Shown: positions 9,624 to 18,839 of the stretch, in pieces
Layout of the letters: each line of letters starts with the position of its first letter
How positions within the stretch are numbered: position 1 is the first letter of the stretch
Source of the DNA: an uncultured Chloroflexia bacterium
GTDB taxonomy: Bacteria; Chloroflexota; Limnocylindria; Limnocylindrales; CSP1-4
Length of the DNA stretch: 64,000 nucleotides
NCBI GenBank assembly: GCA_963744115.1
Contig: CAVUSI010000002.1
Coordinates: 79,575-143,574 of the forward strand
Direction of reading: 5' to 3'
Notes under the pieces: generated by a model
The model's database searches: none
Seen by the model: only the letters and a program-made list of their open reading frames with translations
What the model was told of the DNA's origin: nothing
Translations under genes and position numbers: made by a program

Positions 9624-9875
9624 GCCGGCCCCGCCGAGGCGGGTCGCGCGACGCGGAGACGTCCTCGAGCCGCGTGTTCTTCGTCAGGTGCGCATCCTCC
9701 GCACGCTCCCTGGCTCGCCGGCCCGATTCCCCGTCACGCGCGCATACCCCGCACGTTAGCCGTGCTTTCCGCAGTCTCGCGGGCCGTTCGTGACGGACTT
9801 CGGCGGCGCGACACGCTCGCCATGTGGCTGATCGCGTCCCGCAGCTTGGCTGTTGGTGGCGGTTCGTGGCGGTTC

Positions 9876-10029
9876 GTCGGCGAACGTGCGCACCATGCGC
9901 GTCTGGCGGGGAGCGGCCGGGGTAGCGTCGGCGAAACGTGCGCACCATGCGCGTCTGGCGGCGAGCGGCCGGGGTAGCGTCGCCGAACGTGCGCACCATG
10001 TGCGTCCGGCGGGGAGCGGCCGGGATCGC
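9876..10029. repeat. three tandem copies of a 51-52 bp repeat (GTCGGCGAACGTGCGCACCATGCGCGTCTGGCGGGGAGCGGCCGGGGTAGC), with degenerate related copies upstream (about 9690-9760)
   Basis: Direct inspection: units at 9876-9926, 9927-9978 and 9979-10029 differ by 1-4 nt. Each unit carries the perfect palindrome GTGCGCAC inside a short hairpin GCGCA-CCA-TGCGC. Lies in the gap between the small His-rich membrane protein gene (9294..9623, +) and the cupredoxin lipoprotein gene (10128..10652, -). No coding potential. Confidence 0.7.
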
Positions 10030-10127
10030 GGTCGGCGGGCGACGAGAACGAGACAGCAAGCCTCGGCCGACCGAGCCCGCACCCCACGCCGCCGGTCGTG
10101 ACGCGACGCGACGGCTCGGGGCGCGGC

Positions 10128-10652
10128 CTACGGCGTGATCGTGACCTTCAGGTTCATCGATGGATGGATCGTGCAGGTGATGGTCAGGGTACCGGCCGTC
10201 GAGAATGGGATGCTCACGGTCTGACCGGGTGCCACCGGGAACCGTGCCGCGGTCGCGGATGCGGGGGTGCCGTTCTCGCCCTCGACCAGCTGATGCTTGA
10301 CCGAGTCCTGGTTGGTGAATGCGAGCGAGGATCCGGCGGCGACGGACACCGCCGACGGAGCGAAGGCGAAGCCGGTCAGCAGGACCGTGCCCGGTGCCGC
10401 GGAACCCGCCGGAGACGGCGAGGCGGTGGTACCGCCGTAGTCGTAGCCGCCCTTGCCGCCACCGGATGTGGCGCCGGACGCCGCCAGCGACGGTGCGGCC
10501 CCCGTCGAGGCCGTCGGAGCCGCGATCGACGCGACGACGCTGGCCAGGGGGCTCGCTGCGCCGCCGTCGACGCTCGATCCGCCAGCGCTCGTGCAGCCCG
10601 CCACGGCCGCGGTCACCACGATGAACGATGCGAGAGCGCGGTACCGGGTCAT
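10128..10652 (-). CDS. cupredoxin-like (type 1 blue copper) lipoprotein
   Basis: Signal peptide plus lipobox (VAGCTSAGG), Ser/Ala/Gly-rich linker, C-terminal cupredoxin fold with His (KHQLVEG) and the Cys-x-x-His-x-x-x-x-Met copper ligands (CTIHPSMNL). Confidence 0.65.
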   Translation of the reverse strand: MTRYRALASFIVVTAAVAGCTSAGGSSVDGGAASPLASVVASIAAPTASTGAAPSLAASGATSGGGKGGYDYGGTTASPSPAGSAAPGTVLLTGFAFAPSAVSVAAGSSLAFTNQDSVKHQLVEGENGTPASATAARFPVAPGQTVSIPFSTAGTLTITCTIHPSMNLKVTITP

Positions 10653-10746
10653 CGATCGCCTCCGTGGGTTTGTCGGCCGGCCGGATCGCGAGTGTCGGGT
10701 GCAGGTTCGGGTACGCCGGGACCTCCCGGGCGGTTTTCGTCCCGGT

Positions 10747-11565
10747 TCAACCTACGCCCGGCCCGCCAGCCCCGGCCCCCCTCGTCCCCAGGATATTCAG
10801 CCGCACGTAGTCGATCTCCGGTCGCGGCATCCGCCGAGCGACATCGTGGACGAAGGGCGCCCGGTCGGCTGGGGCGAGCCGCTCGAGGTGGGCCCCGAGG
10901 ACGACGGTGGCGAGGAACGTCTCGAGCGGTTCGCCCGCCTCGAGCGGGGTCGGCTCCGGAACGAGCCAGGTCTCGACGTCGACGAACCCGGCCGCCACCA
11001 GCCGCTCCCGCGTGTCCTCGGGGGTCTCGAAGTGGGCCGGCCCGAGCCAGCCGTCGCCGATCGACCCGAGGATGGCCTGGATCGAGGCGATGTTGCCGAC
11101 CCCGCCGCATTGAGCGACCAGCCGTCCGCCGGGACGGATGACGCCGGCCAGGTTGCGGAACAGCGCGTCGTGATCCGGGACCCAGTGGAACGTCGCCGTC
11201 GACAGGATCCCATCGACCGGGTCCCCGATGGGCAGCGGCGCCCCGAGATCCGCGACGACGTAGTCGACCCGGTCGCCGAACCGCTCGAGCCGACGGCGCG
11301 CCTCGGCGATCATCGCCGGCGATCCATCGAGGGCGACCACCGCGCCATCCGGCAGGCGGTCGAGGAGCTGCTCGGTGACGCGGCCGGATCCGCAGCCCGC
11401 ATCGAGAACACGCTCGTCGCCACGGAGCTCAAGCCGATCGAGGACCACGGAACCCCAGCGGGTCATCGGATCGGCGATCCGGTCGTACGTGGACGCGTCC
11501 CAGTCGCGGGTCACGGCGCGGCCCGGGAGCGGACCATCGTGGCGCTCAGGCGTCCTCTTCGTCAT
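10747..11565 (-). CDS. class I SAM-dependent methyltransferase (trans-aconitate methyltransferase Tam-like)
   Basis: DWDASTYDRIADPMTRWG N-terminus and SAM-binding motif VLDAGCGSGRVT. 272 aa. Overlaps the upstream ubiB-like gene by 20 nt. Confidence 0.7.
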   Translation of the reverse strand: MTKRTPERHDGPLPGRAVTRDWDASTYDRIADPMTRWGSVVLDRLELRGDERVLDAGCGSGRVTEQLLDRLPDGAVVALDGSPAMIAEARRRLERFGDRVDYVVADLGAPLPIGDPVDGILSTATFHWVPDHDALFRNLAGVIRPGGRLVAQCGGVGNIASIQAILGSIGDGWLGPAHFETPEDTRERLVAAGFVDVETWLVPEPTPLEAGEPLETFLATVVLGAHLERLAPADRAPFVHDVARRMPRPEIDYVRLNILGTRGAGAGGPGVG

Positions 11566-13717
11566 CGTGGAGGAAGATGCGGAACAGGACGATGAAGCTG
11601 ACGAGGAGGGTGACCGCGAAGGCGATCATCGCCAGGTAGGCGAACCCGACGAACTGCGACAGCGAGGGTTGGAGCAGGATCGCCATGGCGATCGCGGTCC
11701 CGATCAGCTGGCCGACGACGATCAGGCCGACGGTCGCCTGGCGAGCGACCGCGCCGACTCTGACCACCGACCGGTTGAGGTCCGACGTGTCGACCTCCAC
11801 GGTGAGCTTGCCCTGGTTGAACATATCGAGCCATTTGAGGGCCGCGACCTCCATCGACGGCACCCGCCGGGCGAGCTCCTTGCCGACCCGCAGCGCGGTC
11901 CCCTGGAGCTGCTTCTGGACGCGCTCCGGCGTGAGCGACTCGAGCAGGGCTGCGCGGGCCTCGGTCACAGCGGCCTGCCCGAGGTCGATGTCGAATGACA
12001 GCGCACGGGCGGTCTCCTCGGCCTGGATGACCGCCTTCATCGCCAGGGTCAGCTGGCTGTCGAGGCGCAGGCCGTCGTTGAACACGGCCGACAGGAACTT
12101 CGAGAGTGCGGACCCGAGGGACTCCTCCCTCGAATAGATGAGGTACTGGCGGGCGAGCCGGTCGATGTCGGCGCGGAACGCCGGCTCGTCGAACTCCTTG
12201 GTCGGCTTCGACAGGGCGATCAGGCCGTCGCCGATGCCCTGGATGTCGACCTCTTTGACCGCGTAGATCAGGCCCAGCAAGTCCACCCGCTGTTGCTGGT
12301 CGAGCTGACCGACGAGCCCCATGTCGAGGAAGACGATCCGCTTCGTCGCCGGGTCACCCAGGATGTTGCCCGGGTGCGGGTCGCCGTGGAAGAAGCCGTC
12401 GACGAGGACCTGCTTGATGATCGCCCGGATGAAGACCGTCCCGAGCTCGGTCGTGTCGAAGCCGGCCGACCTGAGCTCGTCGACCTTGGAGATCTTGATG
12501 CCGTTGACGAACTCCATCGTCAGGACGCGCTCGCTCGACAGCTCGTCGTAGGTCGCCGGGATGTGGATCTGTTCGAACTTGGCCATCCCGTCGGCCAGGC
12601 GACGCGCCTGGTAGGCCTCATTCCGATAGTCGAGCTCCTTGAGCACGCCGGCGGCGAACTCGGCGACCATCGCGCTCAGCCCGATCTTGCGGGCGATCTC
12701 CAGACGGCGCTCGCCCTCGCGGGCCAGCTGCTGGATGACTCCCAGGTCCGCCTTCGTCTTGGCGACGATCCTGGGTCGCTGGATCTTGACCGCGACGAGG
12801 GTGCCGTCGTGGAGCGTCGCCCGGTGGACCTGCGCGGTCGAGGCTGCCGCGAACGGCTCGTGCTCGATCGACGCATACAGCTCCTCCGGGGGACCGCCGA
12901 GCTCCTTGGTCAGGATCTCGCTGGCGTCCTCCCAGCCGAACGGGGCGGCGTCGCTCTGGAGCTTCGACAGCTCGTCGACCCAGACCGGTGGCAGGAGGTC
13001 CGACCGGCTGGCCATCATCTGGCCGATCTTCACGTAGGTGGGGCCAAGCTGCTGGAGCATCAGCCGGACGCGGACCGGGCCGCTCTCGCCCGACAGCGGA
13101 TCGGTCTGACCGAGGATCCGTCGCTCGAACCAGGTCCGCAGGTCGCCGATCGGCGTCCCGGCCAGGGCGATGTCCAGGCTGTTCGAGTAGATCGCGTCGT
13201 AGACCTGCTGCAGGCGCAGGTTCTCGATGATCGCATTGCGGCGGGGCGTCGGCAGTGCCTCGAGCCAGCGCCAGACCGATCGTTCGCGTTCCGGACCGAA
13301 CGACGGCCGGTTGAGCCCGAGGACCGCGGTCGTGACCGTCGACACGACGGTCCAGAGCGTCGCGGCGACCAGCAGCCACAGGATGAACGGCTGGGCGACA
13401 TCGGCGATCTTGATCGGGCTGAGGATCGAGGTCACCCAGATGGCGATCGCGTTGACCACGACCACGAACAGCCCCATCGTCCGGAACAGGAGCTGGCCGG
13501 TGACCGCCATGATCACCGGTCGGGCGAACCGGTTGACCAGGACCAGGACGCCCGCCCAGACCACGAACCCGACGATCCCCGGGTCGCGCAGGTCGAGGAT
13601 CGGTGCGCTGCTCTCGCCGAACGGGAAGGGTTGGGGGACGACGATCAGGGTCAGGACGAACGCGACCAGGACGAGGAGGGCGGCGTTGACGACGGTCTCG
13701 ACGGCAAATCGACGCAT
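11546..13717 (-). CDS. ABC1/UbiB-family atypical protein kinase with an N-terminal polytopic membrane domain and C-terminal TM anchors
   Basis: 723 aa. N-terminal roughly 140 aa is hydrophobic. Central ABC1 kinase core (VKIQRPRI, FHGDPHPGNIL, DMGLVGQL). Hydrophobic C-terminus. Confidence 0.75.
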   Translation of the reverse strand: MRRFAVETVVNAALLVLVAFVLTLIVVPQPFPFGESSAPILDLRDPGIVGFVVWAGVLVLVNRFARPVIMAVTGQLLFRTMGLFVVVVNAIAIWVTSILSPIKIADVAQPFILWLLVAATLWTVVSTVTTAVLGLNRPSFGPERERSVWRWLEALPTPRRNAIIENLRLQQVYDAIYSNSLDIALAGTPIGDLRTWFERRILGQTDPLSGESGPVRVRLMLQQLGPTYVKIGQMMASRSDLLPPVWVDELSKLQSDAAPFGWEDASEILTKELGGPPEELYASIEHEPFAAASTAQVHRATLHDGTLVAVKIQRPRIVAKTKADLGVIQQLAREGERRLEIARKIGLSAMVAEFAAGVLKELDYRNEAYQARRLADGMAKFEQIHIPATYDELSSERVLTMEFVNGIKISKVDELRSAGFDTTELGTVFIRAIIKQVLVDGFFHGDPHPGNILGDPATKRIVFLDMGLVGQLDQQQRVDLLGLIYAVKEVDIQGIGDGLIALSKPTKEFDEPAFRADIDRLARQYLIYSREESLGSALSKFLSAVFNDGLRLDSQLTLAMKAVIQAEETARALSFDIDLGQAAVTEARAALLESLTPERVQKQLQGTALRVGKELARRVPSMEVAALKWLDMFNQGKLTVEVDTSDLNRSVVRVGAVARQATVGLIVVGQLIGTAIAMAILLQPSLSQFVGFAYLAMIAFAVTLLVSFIVLFRIFLHDDEEDA

Positions 13718-13726
13718 GGTGCGCTC

Positions 13727-15058
13727 CTAGAGGAGTCGAGACACCCGGTCCATCGCGGCATTCCAGATCCGTTCGCGGGGAGCGGTCGGGACCACGGCCG
13801 GCGTCGACACGGCGACCAGCTCGTCGAACACCTGGCGCTCGGTCAGCTCGGCGATCGCGGCGCTCTCGAACAGCAGATCGAGCTCGTTGTTGCGGAACAG
13901 GCTCAGGTCGTCGAGGTTGCACCCACCGATCAGCACCCGATCGTCGATCGTGAGGACCTTGGCATGGGCCATGTCGGGATGGAGCAGGATCGTCACGCCG
14001 GCATCGAGGAGTCGCTCGTAGTGATGCCGGAACGCGGCGGCCGGCATCGGCGGCGTGGGCTTGCCCGGGACGACGATCCTGACCTCGACCCCACGTCGGG
14101 CGGCGTCGAGCAACCGGGCGAGCACCGCCTTGTCCGCGACGTACGGGTTGACGATATGGATGACCCGCTGGGCGTCCTCGATCGACTGCTCGATGGCGTC
14201 GCTGATCGGATGGTGGCCCTCGCCGGGCACGTTCCACAGGATCGTCGTCGGGACGGACATCGGCGCATCGGCGGGGACCGTCAGGACGTCGGCCGGGAAG
14301 TAGGTCTCGAGCGGTCGGCTCGGTGCGGGTCCGCCCTGGTAGCGCCAGCTCGCCAGATGGACGAGCTGCAGCTGGGCGACGATCGGGCCGGTGACCCGAC
14401 ACATGACGTCGTAGAACCGCTCATCGTTGAAGTGGTCCTCGATGCCGCTCCCACCGACATATCCGACGCGACCGTCGACGACCATCATCTTGCGATGGTC
14501 GAAGTGACCGAAGTCGTCGAGATGCCAGTCGAACTTGCGGGCGCCGAGCAGGCCGTCGCGGTCGGGGAGGATGCCGTCGTTGGCGACGATCTCGATCCCG
14601 GCCGCGCGAAGGTCGCGGAACAGGTCCTTGCTCCCGAAGTCGATCTCACTCCCGATCGCATCGACCTGGAGCCGGACCTCGACACCCGCCTTGACCCGGT
14701 CGCCGAGGACCTCGAGGAAGGTCGTCCCGATCTCGCCCGGCTTGTAGCCGTAGATCAGGAGGTGGACCGAGCTCGTGGCGGCCCGGATGTCGTCGAGCAT
14801 CCGCGGGAAATACCGCCGCCCGTGAAGGAGGGGATCGACCGACGTCGACACCGACGGGGCCAGCGCCATCGCCAGGTCGCTCCGCCCGACCCGACCCTGG
14901 CCCAGCAGGCGCTCTGCAGCGGCCCGCGCGTCCTCCGCCGAGATCGCTTCGGGGCCGGGTGGGTAGGCCGGCTGGCGGCCCTTCCGCATGGCCTTGGCCG
15001 CACCGGTCGCCCCGGCGGCCACGCCGACCCCGATCACCGCTCGTCGTTTGTTGCCCAC
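13727..15058 (-). CDS. phospholipase D-family protein, cardiolipin synthase-like (two HKD motifs)
   Basis: HRKMMVVDG and HAKVLTIDD HKD motifs. GTG at 15058 preceded by GGAGGGAGG. About 443 aa. The 1482-aa track ORF covering this region is an artefact; only the C-terminal third is the real gene. Confidence 0.7.
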   Translation of the reverse strand: MGNKRRAVIGVGVAAGATGAAKAMRKGRQPAYPPGPEAISAEDARAAAERLLGQGRVGRSDLAMALAPSVSTSVDPLLHGRRYFPRMLDDIRAATSSVHLLIYGYKPGEIGTTFLEVLGDRVKAGVEVRLQVDAIGSEIDFGSKDLFRDLRAAGIEIVANDGILPDRDGLLGARKFDWHLDDFGHFDHRKMMVVDGRVGYVGGSGIEDHFNDERFYDVMCRVTGPIVAQLQLVHLASWRYQGGPAPSRPLETYFPADVLTVPADAPMSVPTTILWNVPGEGHHPISDAIEQSIEDAQRVIHIVNPYVADKAVLARLLDAARRGVEVRIVVPGKPTPPMPAAAFRHHYERLLDAGVTILLHPDMAHAKVLTIDDRVLIGGCNLDDLSLFRNNELDLLFESAAIAELTERQVFDELVAVSTPAVVPTAPRERIWNAAMDRVSRLL

Positions 15059-16770
15059 CGGTTCCTCCCTCCGGAGCCTGTCGATCCGGGTCGTTCGTCG
15101 AGATAAGTATGGCCGTCCGCCGGGCGACGCGGCGGGCCCGCGGACCGCGGGGACCGCGTCACGCCGGCGGCGCACTCCCGGCCGCGGCCTCGGTCGCCGG
15201 CGACGGCCTCGATCTCCTGGCGCCGAGCCGGTCCGCCCGTCTCGCGCAGCCCGAACCCGTTGACGGCCGCGCCCAGTCCGAGGAGCGCCGCGCTGACCAG
15301 GAGGGCAAGGCGGAACGCCTCGGTCGAGGCGATCTTGGCCGCCGCGGCGACCTCGGAGGTCGCCCCAGCCGGCACCGGGTTGAGCGGGGCGATCGTCGCC
15401 CTGAGCTCGGTGGAGGTCGGGTCGAGTCCAGGGATCTGGTTCGCCAGGCTGTTGTAGAAGATCGTGGTCACGGCGATGAACACGAGCGCCCCGATCAGCG
15501 GCGAACCCACCCGTGAGATGGCGTTGTTGATCGCCGACCCGAGACCCGCCCTGGCGACCGGGATCGAGCTCATCAGCGTGCTGGTCAACGGCGCCACGAC
15601 CATCGAGATCCCCAGGCCGAAGACGAGGATGGCGGGCAACACGTCGATCAGCGTCGAAAGCGGTGGCACGAGCGATCCGGGCGTCGACAGATCGGCCGCC
15701 CAGGCGACGCTGCTCGACGGGATGCGGGCGAACCAGAGCAACCCGCCGGCCATGAGCAGCGGTCCCGCCACCAGGAACCGGCGCGGACCCATCCGACCGA
15801 CCAGGCCGCCGATCCTGGTCGACAGGAGGGTCAGCATGATCCCGGCCGGCAGGCCCAGGAGCGACGTCGCAACGACCGTGTATCCCAGGGTCCCCTGGAG
15901 GAACAGACCCTGGTAGCCGATGTACCCGTAGAGCGCCCCGTAGATGAGGAACGTCGCGAGGTTGATCACCGCGAAGCGCCGGTTCCGGAACAGCTCGAGC
16001 GGGACGAGGGGGTCCGGGCGACGGGACATGAGGATCGGGAACAGGACGATGGCGACGACCCCGATCCCGATCGAGATCCAGGCGGTCGTGTCCTGCCAGG
16101 CGTTCTGTTGGCCGCGGATGAGGCCGAACGACAGGCCGCCGATCGCCAGCACCACATCGAGCGTTCCCAGCCAGTCGAACCGTCCGCTCGCCCCGGGCAG
16201 GACCGTCTCGGCGACGCCGCGCCGCAGCCCCACGAAGGCGATGAGCACGAACGGGACGTTGATCAGGAAGGCCGCCCGCCACGAGATGTACTGGACGAGG
16301 AAACCGCCGAGGACGGGTCCGAGGACCGTCGCGCCGGAGGTCGCCGCCGCCCAGATCCCGAACGCCCTGGCGAGCCCCGGACCTTCGAAGGCCGAGGTGA
16401 TCAGGGCCAGCGAGCCGGGGACGAGGAGCGCGGCCGCGGCCCCCTGGAGGAGCCGGAAGAGGACGAGCGCCTCCATCGTCGGCGAGAGGCCGCACAGGAT
16501 GCTCGTGCCGCCGAAGCCGAGCAGGCCGATGGCGAACACCCGCTTGCGGCCGTAGCGATCCGAGATCGCGCCGCCCAGGATCAGCAACGCCGCGAGCACG
16601 GCGAGGTAGCCGTTGGTGATGTACGCCTGACCCTCGAGCACGCCGAGGATCCCCGACGGCAGGTCCGCACCGATCGTCTTGAGGGCCAGGTTCACGACGG
16701 TCCCGTCGAGGAAGACGATCGACGACCCCAGCACCGTGGCGAGCATCGTCCAGCGCTGGCGGGTGGTCAT
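15034..16770 (-). CDS. MFS transporter, DHA2 (EmrB/QacA) drug:H+ antiporter family, 14 TM
   Basis: N-terminal MFS signature (GRVFAIGLLGFGGTSILCGL) and about 14 hydrophobic segments. 578 aa. 3' end overlaps the start of the cardiolipin synthase-like gene. Confidence 0.75.
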   Translation of the reverse strand: MTTRQRWTMLATVLGSSIVFLDGTVVNLALKTIGADLPSGILGVLEGQAYITNGYLAVLAALLILGGAISDRYGRKRVFAIGLLGFGGTSILCGLSPTMEALVLFRLLQGAAAALLVPGSLALITSAFEGPGLARAFGIWAAATSGATVLGPVLGGFLVQYISWRAAFLINVPFVLIAFVGLRRGVAETVLPGASGRFDWLGTLDVVLAIGGLSFGLIRGQQNAWQDTTAWISIGIGVVAIVLFPILMSRRPDPLVPLELFRNRRFAVINLATFLIYGALYGYIGYQGLFLQGTLGYTVVATSLLGLPAGIMLTLLSTRIGGLVGRMGPRRFLVAGPLLMAGGLLWFARIPSSSVAWAADLSTPGSLVPPLSTLIDVLPAILVFGLGISMVVAPLTSTLMSSIPVARAGLGSAINNAISRVGSPLIGALVFIAVTTIFYNSLANQIPGLDPTSTELRATIAPLNPVPAGATSEVAAAAKIASTEAFRLALLVSAALLGLGAAVNGFGLRETGGPARRQEIEAVAGDRGRGRECAAGVTRSPRSAGPPRRPADGHTYLDERPGSTGSGGRNRWATNDER

Positions 16771-16864
16771 CGGGGCAGTCTATGCCGCCTCCCCGGACGT
16801 GGTCCGGGCCTCGTCGAACCGGCGGCGACCGCCTCCTTTCGTGATCGTCGCTAGACTCCCGGCG

Positions 16865-17569
16865 ATGAGCGGACCCGTGGCCCTCCTGGGCGCCGATGAG
16901 TTCCTGCCTGCCGTCGCCGAGCTCGATGCCGAGCTGCTGGCCGCAACGGGTCGATCGCGGCCGCGGGTCGCGATCCTGCCGACGGCCTCGGCGCCGGACG
17001 GCGAGGAGGTCTTCCAGCGCTGGGCGGCGATGGGCGTCGAGCACTTCGCCGCGCTGGGCGCGGAGGTCGAGGCGGTCCTGGTCCGCGACCGTTCGGAGGC
17101 GGACGACCCGGCCAGCGTCCAGGCCGTCGCGGAGGCCGATCTGGTCTACCTCTCGGGCGGCCATCCGGATCATCTCCTGCGGGCTCTGTCCGGAAGCGCC
17201 GTCTGGGCGGCCGCGCAGGACGTCCACGAGCGTGGTGGTGTCCTCGCGGGCTGCTCGGCCGGGGCGATGGTCCTGTGCTCGCGCCAGGCCCTGCTGCGCC
17301 GGCCGCCGCATCTCCCGCTCACCTATGAGTGGGCGCTCGGGGCCGTCCCCGATACCGCAGCGTTCCCGCACTACGACCAGTTTCCCGAGGCATTCGCCGC
17401 GCTGATGATCCTGCGAGCCCCCCGCGGGACGACCGTCCTCGGCCTCGATGAGGGCACCGCGGCGATCGGTCGCGACGGTGGCTGGCAGGTCCGGGGACGC
17501 GGCCGGGTCACCGTCTGGCGGGGGCGCCACCGAGAACGCTATCGACACGGGGAAGCGTTCCGGACCTGA
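16865..17569 (+). CDS. peptidase S51 family protein (dipeptidase E / cyanophycinase-like)
   Basis: ATG at 16865. ILPTASAPDG...YLSGGHPDHLL...GCSAGAMVL contains the Ser nucleophile context of S51 peptidases. 234 aa. Confidence 0.6.
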   Translation: MSGPVALLGADEFLPAVAELDAELLAATGRSRPRVAILPTASAPDGEEVFQRWAAMGVEHFAALGAEVEAVLVRDRSEADDPASVQAVAEADLVYLSGGHPDHLLRALSGSAVWAAAQDVHERGGVLAGCSAGAMVLCSRQALLRRPPHLPLTYEWALGAVPDTAAFPHYDQFPEAFAALMILRAPRGTTVLGLDEGTAAIGRDGGWQVRGRGRVTVWRGRHRERYRHGEAFRT

Positions 17570-17933
17570 GCGAAGGACCGCATCGCCCACGGCGAGAGCG
17601 CCGTCCCGGCGGAGGGCGGCGAAGGGTTTACCCCGCGATGATCGCCCGGCAACGGTGCGCGTCGACCATCTGACCCGGAGCGACCCTCCCTCGGCCGACC
17701 CGGCCTCCTCCCGGGCTCGGACCTCCGCGAGACCCCGACTGCTGCGTCGGGGTCTCGCCGCGTCCGCGCCGCACGAGTGGGGTGAACCTCGCGGCGGACG
17801 GACCGATATCCATGGGCAACGAGTCGAGTCGGCCGGCACCGGGTCGACCCGTTGGCGAAGGCCGGGCGGACCCACGTCGCTCACCGGTGAGCGGCCAGGA
17901 CCGACCGGCCATCGCGTATCCCCGGGAATCGAT

Positions 17934-17966
17934 GAGGCCGGCACCCCGCTCGTGGGTGCCGGCCTC
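17934..17966 (-). terminator. 13-bp perfect hairpin (GAGGCCGGCACCC-7 nt loop-GGGTGCCGGCCTC) 19 nt downstream of the zinc-ribbon gene stop
   Basis: Seen directly. Lies immediately 3' of the minus-strand gene 17985..18323. A second perfect 11-bp hairpin (GAGACCCCGAC-tgctgc-GTCGGGGTCTC) lies at about 17740-17767. Confidence 0.5.
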
Positions 17967-17984
17967 CGTTCGAGGTCCGAGGGA

Positions 17985-18323
17985 TCAGCCGGCCGAATGG
18001 GACCGGAAGCAGTCGGAGCAGTAGACGGGACGATCCATCCGTGGCTTGAACGGGACCTGTGCCTGATTGCCGCAGGACGAGCAGAGGACCGCGAAGTACT
18101 CGCGGACGGGTCGCTCGCCACGCTCGTAGCCGCGGGGCCCGCCGATATCTCGCAGGTCGCCGTCGCCGGCGTCACGCGTGGCGCGCCGGCTGGCGCGACA
18201 GCTGGTGCAGCGCTTGGGGTCGGACACGAACCCCTTCTGCACGTAGAACTCCTGGTCGGCGGCCGAGTGGATGAACTCGACGCCGCAGTCGACGCAGGTG
18301 AGGGTCCGATCGATGTAAGTCAA
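17985..18323 (-). CDS. double zinc-ribbon protein (four CxxC pairs), unknown function
   Basis: 112 aa. CVDCG...CTSCR and CSSCG...CSDCF give two Cys4 ribbons. No other domain. Confidence 0.5.
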   Translation of the reverse strand: MTYIDRTLTCVDCGVEFIHSAADQEFYVQKGFVSDPKRCTSCRASRRATRDAGDGDLRDIGGPRGYERGERPVREYFAVLCSSCGNQAQVPFKPRMDRPVYCSDCFRSHSAG

Positions 18324-18693
18324 CCCAGTCCTCCAGGGACATCACGAAGCTAAGGGTGCGTCCCGAGGGCGAACCGAACGACGGACGGGAGGGCGGGTGG
18401 CGAGAGTGGCCGGGTGCCGCGCGACCCAGGAGTCGATCTGTTCGAGGTGCCTGATTCGGGGCGCACCGGTGTTGTGCCCGCAGGATATCACCGGTCGGCG
18501 GAATCCTCCCGCGACCGCTGCCATGCGTCCGAATAGCGCGACCGGGCCGCGAGCGGATGGGCCTCGACGATCGCCCCCGTCCATCGAACCCGACCGACCA
18601 CCTTGGCGTCTCCGGACGGGCCTGGAGCACCCGGCGATCAGGTCGCCGACGTGCCACCGAACCTGTCACAATGCGGCGCGAGACTCGGGTCGG

Positions 18694-18724
18694 CGAGCGA
18701 GGGCTAGGGGGCTCCTCGCTCGCA
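18694..18724. promoter_or_regulatory. perfect 10-bp inverted repeat (GCGAGCGAGG-11 nt-CCTCGCTCGC) in the 516-bp divergent intergenic region between the zinc-ribbon gene and the sbcD-like gene
   Basis: Seen directly. The region 18324-18839 has no convincing ORF and must hold both divergent promoters. Confidence 0.35.
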
Positions 18725-18839
18725 GAATCCTGACGGAGATCGGGCCCCGGCCGGCGATCCGGGGCCGGGCGACGTCCGGGTCGACGGCCCGGGAAGGGTG
18801 CGTCCGGCCCCGAGCCGATCAGGAGGTCCCGAACCGGCG

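Noticed and set aside
9640-10100. Possible CRISPR array, or short ORFs with AHHARLAASGRGSV-type repeats, in the tandem-repeat region
   Set aside because: Repeats are about 51 bp and directly abutting, with no unique spacers and no cas genes. The overlapping ORFs simply translate the repeat and have no start or Shine-Dalgarno context.
12293-15106. 937-aa plus-strand ORF antisense to the ubiB-like and PLD genes
   Set aside because: Acidic or basic low-complexity translation. It overlaps two well-supported minus-strand genes.
17628-17912. 94-aa and 80-aa ORFs in the 17570-17984 intergenic region
   Set aside because: No Shine-Dalgarno, R/G/P-rich composition, and they overlap each other on opposite strands. 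Treated as non-coding, but flagged for RNA analysis.
13727-18175. 1482-aa minus-strand ORF spanning the PLD gene, the MFS gene, the peptidase gene region and beyond
   Set aside because: Artefact of stop-codon scarcity in GC-rich DNA. Only its last roughly 443 codons (13727..15058) have a recognisable protein (PLD/HKD). The rest is Arg/Pro/Gly-rich antisense of real plus- or minus-strand genes.
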